This document shows, piece by piece, positions 1-9,482 of a DNA stretch of 35,774 nucleotides. The DNA is from a virus. Its lineage: Duplodnaviria; Caudoviricetes. Every line of letters starts with the position of its first letter. The stretch's first letter is position 1. Made by a program: the position numbers and the translations under genes. A model generated the notes under the pieces. The model made no database searches, was not told where the DNA came from, and saw nothing but the letters and a program-made list of their open reading frames with translations. The stretch is taken from the IMG/VR virus record IMGVR_UViG_3300032257_000067, positions 1-35,774 of that record, one strand, 5' to 3'.

Positions 1-87
1 TAAGCACAATTAGAAACTGCATTGTAGATGGCTTTAGCGGGACTACTCATACAGGGATTTTCCTCAATTATTATGGTACGTCTGGCG
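1..87. repeat. Terminal direct repeat (87 bp), copy 1; circular assembly overlap
   Basis: Bases 1-87 are identical to 35688-35774, and an ORF reads in frame through the junction. Confidence 0.95.
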
Positions 88-1259
88 ATTATAACGCTTA
101 CAACAACACGATAAACGATTGCACCAGAGGTTTTGCTGGCGGCTACGATGTAAAGTTAAACGAAGGCAAGAACAACCTATTCCAAGGGTGTACAGACGAC
201 TACGCCGACTACACACCGAACAGCCCTGCTACCGTTTCACATAGCTTAACGGACAATAGTACGCTTGAAGGCTCGAGCAACGTCACTAGCTCGACGCTTA
301 GCTTTGCAAGTGCTACTGATTTCGCTTTAGCCTCTGGCGATACCGACGCAATAGGCGCGGGCTTCGATTTAAGTGCTTTATTTACACTGGATATTGATGG
401 GACTAGCCGCGTAGCAGATTCCCCGATCGCCTTTGATATTGGCGCATATCAGTTTGTTAGCAGTGGTTACACATTAACAGCGGATAGCGGAAGCTATACC
501 GAGACCGGAACAGCCGCTAATCTTGAATATGGCCGGAAATTAACCGCCGATGCGGCCTCATACACGGAAACCGGCACCGCAGCCAATTTAGAGTATGGAC
601 GCAAACTGACCGCCGAGGCGGGATCTTATTCTGTCGCAGGTGTTAGTGCTAATCTTGAATATGGGCGTTTACTGAGTGCTGAGTCTATTGCGTATACCTG
701 GACCGGCCAGGATGCGACGCTTACTTATAGCTCGCTTACTAATTACACATTAACCGCTGATGCGGGCAGTTATACAGAAACAGGGACAGCCGCTAATCTT
801 GAATATGGACGGGTTTTAGGCGCTGAAGCTGGAAGCTATACCTGGACAGGCCAAGACGCTACTTTAACTTATACCCCGTTAGGTGGATATACCTTATCGG
901 CAGAGGCAGCGTCTTACACCCAAACAGGCACAGCAGCCAATTTAGAATATGACCGTTTATTAAGTGCCGAAAGCGCAAGCTACACAGAAACAGGCCAAGA
1001 CACAGGCCTTTATTATGGATATCGTGTCAGCGCAGAGGCAGGCAGTTACACCGAAACCGGCACAGCAGCGGCATTATTAGCGGCTAGGAAGTTAAGCGTA
1101 GACACTCAAGCTTATACTTATACCGGATTATCGGCGGATTTATCGTACAGCGGTGCAACTGGACCGGATGAGCCAGGCTTAGAATATACGCTTCCAGATG
1201 GAAGGCTTCATTTCACACTACCCGCCAACCGTCTGCATTACACCTATAAGGACGAATAA
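3..1259 (+). CDS. 3' part of a ~577-aa junction-spanning virion fibre/spike protein (beta-helix-like N-domain, DIDG..R..DIGAYQF motif, 10 tandem ~22-aa repeats)
   Basis: Hand translation: open frame from 3 to TAA 1257-1259, continuing the ORF that starts at 35213. TAATG coupling to the gene at 1259. Missed by the ORF track. Confidence 0.85.
   Translation, partial: STIRNCIVDGFSGTTHTGIFLNYYGTSGDYNAYNNTINDCTRGFAGGYDVKLNEGKNNLFQGCTDDYADYTPNSPATVSHSLTDNSTLEGSSNVTSSTLSFASATDFALASGDTDAIGAGFDLSALFTLDIDGTSRVADSPIAFDIGAYQFVSSGYTLTADSGSYTETGTAANLEYGRKLTADAASYTETGTAANLEYGRKLTAEAGSYSVAGVSANLEYGRLLSAESIAYTWTGQDATLTYSSLTNYTLTADAGSYTETGTAANLEYGRVLGAEAGSYTWTGQDATLTYTPLGGYTLSAEAASYTQTGTAANLEYDRLLSAESASYTETGQDTGLYYGYRVSAEAGSYTETGTAAALLAARKLSVDTQAYTYTGLSADLSYSGATGPDEPGLEYTLPDGRLHFTLPANRLHYTYKDE
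468..1155 (+). repeat. Ten degenerate coding repeats, consensus LTAEAGSYTETGTAANLEYGRK (22 aa; two 26-aa variants)
   Basis: Seen in translation; recurring GCTAATCTTGAATATGG / GCCAATTTAGA(A/G)TATG at DNA level. Confidence 0.9.
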
Positions 1260-1609
1260 TGAGCACAGCCCCAGAAATACAGGAAAAATCTGTTTCAGAG
1301 GTTAGAAATGTGGCGGTTTCTTTCTCAGGCAAGTTAGACAGCGGCGAATTGTTAACCGGCACCCCTGTTTTGTCTGTTATCAGCCCGTCTGTTTCGCCTG
1401 AAGATATCACCTTAAGCAATCCGATTGTTAATACAGCGGCCCTCACGATTAGCGGCGTATCTACCCCAATCGGTGAGGCGGTACAGTTTAAGGTCACAGG
1501 CGGTACAGTGGCCAATTCCCCTTACATTCTCGGTGTCAGTTGTGGCACTGATGCAACCCCCGCTCAAACGCTCTACGGGCGCGTTACTTTACAACTTATT
1601 ACTGATTAG
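1259..1609 (+). CDS. Small beta-rich virion protein, probable fibre adaptor
   Basis: 116 aa, S/T/V/G-rich, translationally coupled to the fibre gene. Function inferred from context. Confidence 0.55.
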   Translation: MSTAPEIQEKSVSEVRNVAVSFSGKLDSGELLTGTPVLSVISPSVSPEDITLSNPIVNTAALTISGVSTPIGEAVQFKVTGGTVANSPYILGVSCGTDATPAQTLYGRVTLQLITD

Positions 1610-1617
1610 GAGTTATC

Positions 1618-2028
1618 ATGGCAACGTTCAACAAATTTCAGGGTTTTATAGGCTATCTAGGATTAGGAGCCGTTAACCTCAACACCGATACATTCAATGT
1701 CTATCTGTCTAATGCCACCCCTTCAGCGTCAGCAGACGACGTGAAGACTGACCTAGCAGAGATTACCAACCAGAACGGCTACACGGCCCCAGTTGATATT
1801 CAGAATGCTTATAGTGAGGCGTCTGGTACTGGCACCATGACCGCTGTCGATGTAGTGATTACAGCTTCAGGTGGTACAGTAGGCCCCTTTCAGTATGCAG
1901 TTATCTATGACGATACCCATGCCAGCGACGTCCTTATGGGCTGGTATGATTATGGTTCAGCTATCACACTACAAGATGGTGAAACCTTTACGGTTGACTT
2001 TGGTGCTTCATTCGCTACTTATGCCTAA
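1618..2028 (+). CDS. Virion structural protein, probable fibre base/decoration
   Basis: AGGAG RBS; 136 aa acidic and beta-rich (MATFNKF...GPFQYAVIYDD...DGETFTVDF). Role inferred from context. Confidence 0.6.
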   Translation: MATFNKFQGFIGYLGLGAVNLNTDTFNVYLSNATPSASADDVKTDLAEITNQNGYTAPVDIQNAYSEASGTGTMTAVDVVITASGGTVGPFQYAVIYDDTHASDVLMGWYDYGSAITLQDGETFTVDFGASFATYA

Positions 2029-2321
2029 TGTGGAAGCATAAAGAAAGCAGACACAAACGCGGCTATGGTACTCAGTGGGAGAAGACCCGAGTCCACGTAC
2101 TATCTAGGGATATGTACCAATGCCAGGTATGCCTCAAGGCTAATCGGTTAACCCCAGCTACCCAGGTAGACCATATTATTCCTAAGTCTAAAGACGGTAC
2201 GGACGACCACACTAACCTACAGTCTATATGTGATGACTGTCATAAGGCTAAGACCTTAGAGGAGCAGGGTAAGACATTAAGGCCTAGCATAGATATAGAT
2301 GGCTATCCTATTGAGAGATAA
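2028..2321 (+). CDS. Packaging-associated HNH endonuclease (HK97 gp74-like)
   Basis: RGYG..W, CQVC, VDHIIP..GTDD..NLQSICDDCHKAKT; lies upstream of the terminase genes. Confidence 0.9.
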   Translation: MWKHKESRHKRGYGTQWEKTRVHVLSRDMYQCQVCLKANRLTPATQVDHIIPKSKDGTDDHTNLQSICDDCHKAKTLEEQGKTLRPSIDIDGYPIER

Positions 2322-2328
2322 TTAACGC

Positions 2329-2781
2329 ATGGCAATAGATTATTTTCCTATAGATATACCAGCCGCAAAGGTGCCATTAACCATAATCAGCGGACCACCG
2401 GGCGCAGGTAAGACAACCAGTATAAAGGGTAAGCGCACAGACGGTACATTAGTTATAGACTTCGCAGAGATAAAGGCCAGAGTATCAGGCTTACCTCTTT
2501 ACGTTGCAGGTGATGACTACCTTGAGGCGGCAATAGCAGAACGGAACAGAATGCTAAAAAGCATAAACGATTATGAGTCAGCCTTCTTTATTACCAACGC
2601 GCCACAATATCCTATTCGGAAGCACTGGAATGATATGCTCCAACCAGATACCTATAATGTGCTGTTAACTGAGGCTGATGTTTGCCTGGATAGAATAGCC
2701 AAAGATCCTACAAGGGCGGTAAAGAGTATGGAGTTCTGGGCCAGGCTCGTTAATCACTGGTGGGATAACTACACCACATAA
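2329..2781 (+). CDS. P-loop NTPase / kinase-like protein
   Basis: Walker A GPPGAGKT, followed by LVID and a C-terminal C..RI..D..R lid-like motif. Confidence 0.75.
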   Translation: MAIDYFPIDIPAAKVPLTIISGPPGAGKTTSIKGKRTDGTLVIDFAEIKARVSGLPLYVAGDDYLEAAIAERNRMLKSINDYESAFFITNAPQYPIRKHWNDMLQPDTYNVLLTEADVCLDRIAKDPTRAVKSMEFWARLVNHWWDNYTT

Positions 2782-2830
2782 TAAACAAACAGCATTTAAA
2801 GATATAAAAAGTGGGACAGAAAAATACTCA

Positions 2831-2885
2831 AGGGGGGTGGGTCTAAGTAAATCAATGACTTAGCAAGGACCGCCGCCTCCCAGAA
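2831..2885. other. Candidate cos packaging site
   Basis: Intergenic before TerS: G-run GGGGGGTGGGTC, inverted CTAAGT..ACTTAG, and GACCGCCGCCTCC resembling HK97-type 3' cos cores. Confidence 0.5.
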
Positions 2886-2970
2886 AAGAAGCCTTTTCGC
2901 AACAATGGAAAGGTGGGCTGTATTGACTCAATAATGTTATATATATACTGAAAGTGGGAAAGGACTATTT

Positions 2971-3366
2971 ATGGCCAAACAATCAATAGACAGCTTAAGC
3001 ATTGCCACGGTATCCATCCCGACCCGTATAGATCCGCCATCGGACCTAAGCGCACGACAAAAAGAGCTTTGGCGCGACGTGATGAATACCAAGCCGCCTG
3101 AATGGTTTGAAGATGATACTTACCCCTTGTTAAGGGCGTATGTGACTCACGTCGATACTTATGAGCGACTAAGCCAGGAAATACAAACCTATGACTTAAG
3201 CGACCCAGCGGTTGATCGTTTAATTAAGTTGCAGGACTTACAAGGTCGAGCTATGGGAAACCTGGCGGTCAAGATGCGCTTGACTCAACAATCACGCTAT
3301 ACCCCAAAAGCCGCAGCAACCGCCAACAAGAAAGCCGCCTCAGGTAAAAAACCGTGGGAGAAGTAG
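2971..3366 (+). CDS. terS: Terminase small subunit
   Basis: PPSDLS....LW and LAVKMRLTQQSR motifs; directly precedes the large subunit. Confidence 0.85.
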   Translation: MAKQSIDSLSIATVSIPTRIDPPSDLSARQKELWRDVMNTKPPEWFEDDTYPLLRAYVTHVDTYERLSQEIQTYDLSDPAVDRLIKLQDLQGRAMGNLAVKMRLTQQSRYTPKAAATANKKAASGKKPWEK

Positions 3367-4874
3367 AGGAGGTTACAGGCGAAGACTGCATCAACTGGAT
3401 CGAGACTAATTGTCACGTCCCAGACGGAAAAGACGTTGGAAAGCCGGTCAAGCTTAGAGAATGGCAAAAGGATATTATTCGCGGAATTTATGACAGCCCT
3501 ACGCGTAGAGCTATCATCAGTTTCGGGCGTAAGAATGCAAAGACTACGTTAAGTGCCTTTTTGTTATTGCTTCACTTGGTCGGCCCCAAGCACAGGGTAA
3601 ACTCTCAGCTATACAGTGCAGCCCAATCCAGAGATCAGGCCGCGATCTTGTTTGCTTTGGCGGCCAAGATTGTGAGAATGTCCAAAGACTTGTCACAGTA
3701 TGTGATTGTTAGGGATTCTCAGAAACAATTGTACTGCCAGGAATTAGGCACGATATACAAAGCCCTATCAGCCGAGGTATCAACTTCGTATGGTTTGTCC
3801 TCTGTGTTTACGGTCCATGATGAATTAGGACAGGCCAAAGGCCCGCACAGTGAATTATACGAAGCCCTTGAGACGTCAAGCGGTGCCCATGAGAATCCGT
3901 TAAGTATTGTGATATCTACCCAGGCACCGACTGATGGCGATTTAATGTCTATCTTGATCGATGATGCAAAAGCAGGACACGATCCGAAAACAAAGTTATG
4001 GCTATACACGGCAGACGAAGAGATCGATCCCTTTTCTGAAGGCGCCATTATCCAGGCTAATCCTGCTTATGGTGATTTCTTAAACAAGGATGAAATCTTA
4101 GACAAGGCCAACACCGCTAAACGCATGCCTTCAAGCGAGGCCAGCTATCGAAACCTTGTACTTAACCAACGGGTTGAAGCGGCAGATCCATTTGTTACCA
4201 AACGTATCTGGGAGCAAAACAAGACCAAGCCTGAATCCTATGAAGGTTGTGACGTATACGGGGGATTAGACTTATCCACAGCCCGCGACTTAACCTCACT
4301 CACCTTGATGAATTACCGGGAGTCGGCGTGGGACGTCCATCCGACGTTTTGGCTACCCTATGAAGGCTTGAGAGAGAAATCAAAAGCAGACCGGGTTCCC
4401 TATGATGTATGGGCAAAACAAGGTTACTTGCAAACTTGCCCAGGGCCATCGGTGGAATATGAGCACGTGGCGAAGTTTATGCGAGGCGTGTTTGATCGGT
4501 GCAATGTTAAAGCCATTGCCTTTGATCGCTGGGGTATGAAGCACTTGATCCCCTGGCTAGAAAAGGCCGGGTTTAATGAAAGTGAATTAGAATTATTCGT
4601 TCCGTTTGGTCAAGGCTTTCAATCCATGAGTCCAGCACTTAGAGACTTAGAATCCTTGCTGCTGACTTCAGGGCTAAGACACGGCGGGCACCCTATTTTG
4701 AACATGTGCATGATGAATGCCCGCGTGCAAACTGACCCGGCAGGGAATCGAAAGTTTACTAAGCAGAAGTCATCCGGGCGCATTGATGGCGCGGTGACAT
4801 TAGCAATGGCAGCGGGAACCATCCCAGACGCGCCACAAGCCGAATACATAACAGGAACGATAACAGCCTTATGA
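3354..4874 (+). CDS. terL: Terminase large subunit
   Basis: GRKNAKT Walker A, VHDELG Walker B, ISTQ, GGLDLS nuclease motif, GRIDGAV. Confidence 0.95.
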   Translation: MGEVEEVTGEDCINWIETNCHVPDGKDVGKPVKLREWQKDIIRGIYDSPTRRAIISFGRKNAKTTLSAFLLLLHLVGPKHRVNSQLYSAAQSRDQAAILFALAAKIVRMSKDLSQYVIVRDSQKQLYCQELGTIYKALSAEVSTSYGLSSVFTVHDELGQAKGPHSELYEALETSSGAHENPLSIVISTQAPTDGDLMSILIDDAKAGHDPKTKLWLYTADEEIDPFSEGAIIQANPAYGDFLNKDEILDKANTAKRMPSSEASYRNLVLNQRVEAADPFVTKRIWEQNKTKPESYEGCDVYGGLDLSTARDLTSLTLMNYRESAWDVHPTFWLPYEGLREKSKADRVPYDVWAKQGYLQTCPGPSVEYEHVAKFMRGVFDRCNVKAIAFDRWGMKHLIPWLEKAGFNESELELFVPFGQGFQSMSPALRDLESLLLTSGLRHGGHPILNMCMMNARVQTDPAGNRKFTKQKSSGRIDGAVTLAMAAGTIPDAPQAEYITGTITAL

Positions 4875-6139
4875 TGTTCTTCAAATCAAAGCAGCCCGAG
4901 CAGAAATCAGCCGAATCCGAGCAAAAGGCGGCTACCACCGCCCTAGATCGTCTGCTCGCTACTGTCGCGGGAACCGGGGTGGCCGTAACCCCTGAGACCT
5001 GTACGCAATCGCCGACCGTTCAAGCCGTGGTCACCGCGATATCGCGACGCATGGCGATCACACCGATCCATATTTTCCAGACTAAGGAGAATAACGGTCG
5101 AGCAACCAAGGAGAAAATACCGAGTCATCCGGTAGCAAAGCTGTTGAAACAGCCGAACGAATGGCAGACCGGCGTCGATTATATTGGCGATATGGCCTCT
5201 GTTTTGGTTAGGTACGGTCGGTTTATTGCGATCAAAGGCCAGGGCAATACCGGCCCGATTAGAAAACTCTATCCGGTCAGACCTTCAGAGGTGGCGATTA
5301 AACAGGACGACATCTCAGCACCGCCTATGTTTGAACGTAACGGCCAAAGCTGGCCCATGAGTAAGATCCATTATGTCCGGGGACCGGCTCAGGACTTTAT
5401 CACGGGCGACTCACCTGTTGAAAAGATTAAAACCGCGATTGGGGTCGAGATTGCGGTCGAAGAGTATGGCGCGAGCTTTTTCAATAATGGCGCGGTGCCT
5501 TTGCAGGTCTTTGGATACGCAGAGGGGATGGGCTTCAAAACCCCGGATGAGGAAAAGACGTTTTTGCAAGATTTTAAAGCTCTATTCTCAGGCGCTAAAC
5601 GTCACAACGCGTTGATGCTCCCTAAAGGGATTGAACAGAAGCCAGGGCAAAGTGTTGAGAATAACAAAGCCCAGTTTTTAGAGACTAGAAAACTTTATCA
5701 GACCATTATCGCCGGGGCGTGGGGTGTTCCCCCTCACCTGGTCGGCAATCTTGAGAACGGCCACTACAACAACGTGGAGCAACAGGATAAAGACTTCACT
5801 TTAAATGTTATTATGCCGTATGTGCGTTATGTAGAGTCGGCAATGGAAAGAGACTTATTAACCACTGAAGACCGAAACAAGGGGATCGTGATTCGCTTTA
5901 ATATGGATTCAGTGTTAAGAGCGTCGTTTGAAGAGCGACAAGCAGGCCTCGCGGTGCAGCGAATGAATGGCATTATAAATGCGAATGACTGGCTCGAGAT
6001 TGAAGGCAGAAACCCCCGTCCTGAAGGCGATGATTATTATTATTCAGCCAACTTAATCAAAGAGGGCGAAGAGTTAGATCGCGGGCGCCCTGACCCACAA
6101 AATATTAAAGATCCAGAAGGTGATCCAGATGACGAATAA
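4871..6139 (+). CDS. HK97-family portal protein
   Basis: G.SP, FFNNGAVP, AQFLETRK, IAGAWGVPPHLVG, NNVEQQ motifs. Confidence 0.95.
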   Translation: MMFFKSKQPEQKSAESEQKAATTALDRLLATVAGTGVAVTPETCTQSPTVQAVVTAISRRMAITPIHIFQTKENNGRATKEKIPSHPVAKLLKQPNEWQTGVDYIGDMASVLVRYGRFIAIKGQGNTGPIRKLYPVRPSEVAIKQDDISAPPMFERNGQSWPMSKIHYVRGPAQDFITGDSPVEKIKTAIGVEIAVEEYGASFFNNGAVPLQVFGYAEGMGFKTPDEEKTFLQDFKALFSGAKRHNALMLPKGIEQKPGQSVENNKAQFLETRKLYQTIIAGAWGVPPHLVGNLENGHYNNVEQQDKDFTLNVIMPYVRYVESAMERDLLTTEDRNKGIVIRFNMDSVLRASFEERQAGLAVQRMNGIINANDWLEIEGRNPRPEGDDYYYSANLIKEGEELDRGRPDPQNIKDPEGDPDDE

Positions 6140-6875
6140 AAACATAACTTGCCCGCTAGAGATTAAAGCCTTAAGCAAACGCGAGTTTGAGGGCTACGGC
6201 TCGATTTTTGGCAATAAGGATTTAGGGGATGATGTCGTGGTCCAGGGGGCATTTAGACGGACGCTTTCAGAGCATAAAGGCGAAGACACCCTACCGATGA
6301 TGTTCTGGATGCACGATCCCTCACGGATTCCGGGCAAGTGGCTAGAAATGGAAGAAGATTCTCAAGGCTTATACGTCAAAGGCGTGTTAGCCGATACCCC
6401 GTTAGGGAATGAGATCCATACCTTATTGGGCATGAAGGCAGTATCGGGGCTTTCAATCGGGTATATCCCGAGAGATCAGGACTTCAACAATGACGGCGTG
6501 AGGCTGATCAAAGATGCAGACCTGTTAGAAACCTCGATTGTATCTATCCCAATGAACCCCTTGGCGCAAATAGCACATGCTAAGTCACGGCTTTCAGAGC
6601 GTGGTGAATATGTGCCAGGCCAAGACGAACTCGCGTCCTTGAAACGTGAATGCGAGCAGTTTTTCAGAGAGAAGGGTTTTAGTAAAAGCCTTTCCACAAT
6701 GTACGTTTCCAATATGTTCAAGTCCGGTGTGACATCGGATGAACCCAAGCCTGACATCAGCGGAGTGAGTCTGGATGATGAAATCAGAGCACAGTTAGCG
6801 GTTGACTCTTACAAGGAGAATCAAACGTTAGATTTTATCAATCAATTTAGACAGAGGACCTTTAAAAATGGCTAA
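6120..6875 (+). CDS. HK97-type prohead protease
   Basis: FEGYGSIFGNKD, MFWMHD..RIPGKW, GLSIGY, ETSIVSIPMNPLA. Confidence 0.95.
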   Translation: MIQMTNKNITCPLEIKALSKREFEGYGSIFGNKDLGDDVVVQGAFRRTLSEHKGEDTLPMMFWMHDPSRIPGKWLEMEEDSQGLYVKGVLADTPLGNEIHTLLGMKAVSGLSIGYIPRDQDFNNDGVRLIKDADLLETSIVSIPMNPLAQIAHAKSRLSERGEYVPGQDELASLKRECEQFFREKGFSKSLSTMYVSNMFKSGVTSDEPKPDISGVSLDDEIRAQLAVDSYKENQTLDFINQFRQRTFKNG

Positions 6876-8172
6876 TGTTATTAATGAAGCACTAGAGGAA
6901 ATCGGCAAAGACGTGATCGAGATGCGTTCCGCGCACGAAAAATCCCTTGAAGAGCTTAAAAAAGAAAACAAAACCCGCGCCGCTGAGCTGGAACAACAGT
7001 CAGACCGCGCTAATTCTCACATCGACGCACTGACGGAACAGGTCAAAGGTCTGGTCGCGCAGAAAGAAAAAGACCAGAATCGGATCGAAATCCTGGAAGC
7101 GGTTGCAGACCGTCCGAAAGGCACCAAGACCGAGCAGTTGGAAGCCAAGCAGCTTAATGTGTTTGAAAAATGCGTCCGCGCTGGTATGGTCGATCAACAG
7201 CTTAACGCTGAATACAAAGACCTAACCGACAAGATCCACAAAGCCAAGATGGAAGCTAAAGACGTCGTTATTGGTACGGCTATTCTTGGTGGCAACGCGG
7301 TTCCTGAGGTGATCTCAACTTCTATCGAGAAGCTGGTTGTTAATCATTCCGCTATTGTCGATGAAGTTAAAATCGTTAATTCTGGAACATCAGACTATAA
7401 CGAACTGGTTACCATTCGCGGTGCTAACGGTGGCTTTGTGGCTGAAGACGGATCACGCACTAAAACCACCAACCCGAACCTTCGCAAAGTGACTGTGACC
7501 CACGGTGAGCTGTACGCTTATCCTAAAGTTAGCAACTGGTCACTTAATGACATTTTCTTTAATGTCGTTAACTGGTTGCAAGAAGACGTCGCGGATACCT
7601 TCGCGGTTTCACTGTCTACCGCGATTCACGCGGGCAACGGTACTAATCAACCTACAGGGATGACAAACTCAGCACCGACCAACGGTGACGACTACGCTTC
7701 ACCTTTACGTGCTGCGGCGGTTTACGAGTACATTGCAACAGGTAGCTCGCCGACTTCGACCGCACTTGGCGGTGATGATCTGATCGATCTACAGGTTGCA
7801 CTGAAAGCGCGTTATCAAGCTAATGCTAAGTGGACCATGAATTCGACTACAGTCGGCGCAGTGCGTAAGCTGAAAGATAGTAATAACCAGTACCTATGGC
7901 AGCCCTCTTATCAAGCGGGCCAGCCTGATATGTTACTAGGTAAACCTATCTTTATCTGGGAAGACATGGCGAACGACGGCGCGGCAAACGCGTTGCCTGT
8001 TGCTTATGGCGACTTTGCGCGGGCGTATGTCTTAGCGCGAATCGGCTCTATGGGCATGGTACGTGACGAAGTGACTGCACCTGGTTATGTTAACTTCTTC
8101 ACTTATCAGCGTTATGGTGGTATTCCACTTAATAACGACGCTGTTAAGTTCTTGAAATTAGCCGCTAGCTAA
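6868..8172 (+). CDS. HK97-fold major capsid protein with N-terminal scaffold (delta) domain
   Basis: Coiled-coil N-terminus; GG.AVPE, GNGTNQPTG, LKDSNNQYLWQP, LLGKPI, YGDF, RYGG. Confidence 0.95.
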   Translation: MANVINEALEEIGKDVIEMRSAHEKSLEELKKENKTRAAELEQQSDRANSHIDALTEQVKGLVAQKEKDQNRIEILEAVADRPKGTKTEQLEAKQLNVFEKCVRAGMVDQQLNAEYKDLTDKIHKAKMEAKDVVIGTAILGGNAVPEVISTSIEKLVVNHSAIVDEVKIVNSGTSDYNELVTIRGANGGFVAEDGSRTKTTNPNLRKVTVTHGELYAYPKVSNWSLNDIFFNVVNWLQEDVADTFAVSLSTAIHAGNGTNQPTGMTNSAPTNGDDYASPLRAAAVYEYIATGSSPTSTALGGDDLIDLQVALKARYQANAKWTMNSTTVGAVRKLKDSNNQYLWQPSYQAGQPDMLLGKPIFIWEDMANDGAANALPVAYGDFARAYVLARIGSMGMVRDEVTAPGYVNFFTYQRYGGIPLNNDAVKFLKLAAS

Positions 8173-8173
8173 G

Positions 8174-8806
8174 TTGTTTAGGCACTACCAAGACAAGATG
8201 ATCCGGGGTTACGAGGACAAGACCTTTGTCCTTGTGGCTTCCGGGCCTTCTTTAACACAGGAACAGGTTGATCAATGCCGGGGAAAGGCCCAGATTGTTG
8301 TTATAAACGACAATTACAAGATTGCCCCATTTGCCGATCACTTATACGCGTGTGACCAGACGTGGTGGCTATGGCATGAAGACGATCCCGAATTATTAGC
8401 CTTTAAAGGCAAGAAATGGACCCAGACATCAAGCTGGGACGACGAGATCCGCAAGCGGATTAGAAAGAAACATGATTTAACATTTATTCAAAGCAAGGCC
8501 GAGCCGGGACTCTCTACCGATCCCAATATCATCCACCAAGGCAGCAATTCAGGCTATCAAGCGATCAATTTGGCTTACCACTTAGGGGCTAAAAAGATTC
8601 TGTTAATCGGTTATGATATGCAGCGCACTAATGATAAAGCGCATTGGTTTGGCGATCACCCTGATAAGGGTCAAACGAATTACAGCAAATTTACTAAGTA
8701 TTACAACACGTTAGCAAAGCAGGATTTAGACGTAGAGATTATTAACTGTACTACACAGACGGCGTTAACGTGCTTCCCTAGAAAGGAATTAAAAGACGTC
8801 TTGTAA
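8174..8806 (+). CDS. DUF115/Maf-like putative glycosyltransferase, paralog 1
   Basis: ASGPSL, VIND, LYACD..WW, NSGYQAINLAYHLGAKKILLIGYDM, HWFGDH, INCT. Start may be ATG 8198. Confidence 0.7.
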   Translation: MFRHYQDKMIRGYEDKTFVLVASGPSLTQEQVDQCRGKAQIVVINDNYKIAPFADHLYACDQTWWLWHEDDPELLAFKGKKWTQTSSWDDEIRKRIRKKHDLTFIQSKAEPGLSTDPNIIHQGSNSGYQAINLAYHLGAKKILLIGYDMQRTNDKAHWFGDHPDKGQTNYSKFTKYYNTLAKQDLDVEIINCTTQTALTCFPRKELKDVL

Positions 8807-8829
8807 TGCTGTGACCATTGGTCTATATT
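8801..8829 (+). promoter_or_regulatory. Sigma70-like promoter of the RAMP cassette with a palindromic operator in the spacer
   Basis: TTGTAA (8801-8806), 17 bp, TATATT (8824-8829); inverted repeat GACCA-T-TGGTC at 8813-8823. Confidence 0.6.
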
Positions 8830-8879
8830 ATCTCTCAGAAGCCGTGGCGATTGGCCGTGGCGTACAGGAGAGAAAGACA

Positions 8880-9482
8880 ATGGCTAAAGCTAAAACAGAT
8901 GCAGAAATTTCCATAATGGAAATCAAGCAAGGTGAGATAGAATTTTGTATTAAAAGCACTTCCCCGTTGATTTACCATCGAATGGGTGAGAAAGCAAAAA
9001 GAGAGCTTTTATTCCCAAAAGGCCGCAAGACAGCAGCCGATAAAGCAACAAGTATTAAACATAATCCTATCGAAGAGTATCGAGATACGGTTTACCGTAG
9101 CAAGCAAAAAGAAACCCTGCTAATGGTTCCGTCTGTTATGTTTAAGGCTGCTATTAGTAGCGCAGCACTAGACATCCCTGGCGCAACTAAAGCGCAAATA
9201 GGTCGCTTGGTTTGGGTGATGGGTGATGAGGTTCCTGTTTATGGGGTTCCTGAGTTATTAATGTCTACGGTTAGATCGTCCGACATGAACCGCACTCCAG
9301 ATATACGCACAAGAGCCATCTTGCCAGAATGGGCTTGCTCTATTCGAGTTAGATATATCAAGCCAAACATCAGCGAGCAATCTATTGTTAATTTGGTTGC
9401 GTCTGCCGGTATCATTACAGGCATCGGTGACTATCGACAGCAGAAGGGTAAAACCTCTTATGGTCAATTTGAGCTTGGTTAA
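8880..9482 (+). CDS. Stand-alone RAMP/Cas7-like RNA-binding protein (VIPR-like effector candidate), 200 aa
   Basis: AGGAG RBS before ATG 8880. RAMP-type motif order: IKSTSPLIYH, LMVPSVMFKAAI, and C-terminal Gly-rich loop GIGDYRQQKGKTSYGQF. Immediately followed by the pentamer array. Confidence 0.7.
   Translation: MAKAKTDAEISIMEIKQGEIEFCIKSTSPLIYHRMGEKAKRELLFPKGRKTAADKATSIKHNPIEEYRDTVYRSKQKETLLMVPSVMFKAAISSAALDIPGATKAQIGRLVWVMGDEVPVYGVPELLMSTVRSSDMNRTPDIRTRAILPEWACSIRVRYIKPNISEQSIVNLVASAGIITGIGDYRQQKGKTSYGQFELG

Noticed and set aside
1-87. Biological terminal repeat or att site
   Set aside because: It lies mid-gene with the frame preserved, consistent with an assembler overlap; a cos-like site exists elsewhere.
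468-1155. Diversity-generating retroelement TR/VR pair
   Set aside because: The repeats are in-frame protein repeats with no evident adenine-specific pattern, and no reverse transcriptase is present.
8402-8422. Unit A gapped match to FKGKKWT in the 8174 gene (10/14)
   Set aside because: About 20 such matches are expected by chance in a genome this size, so it is not significant.
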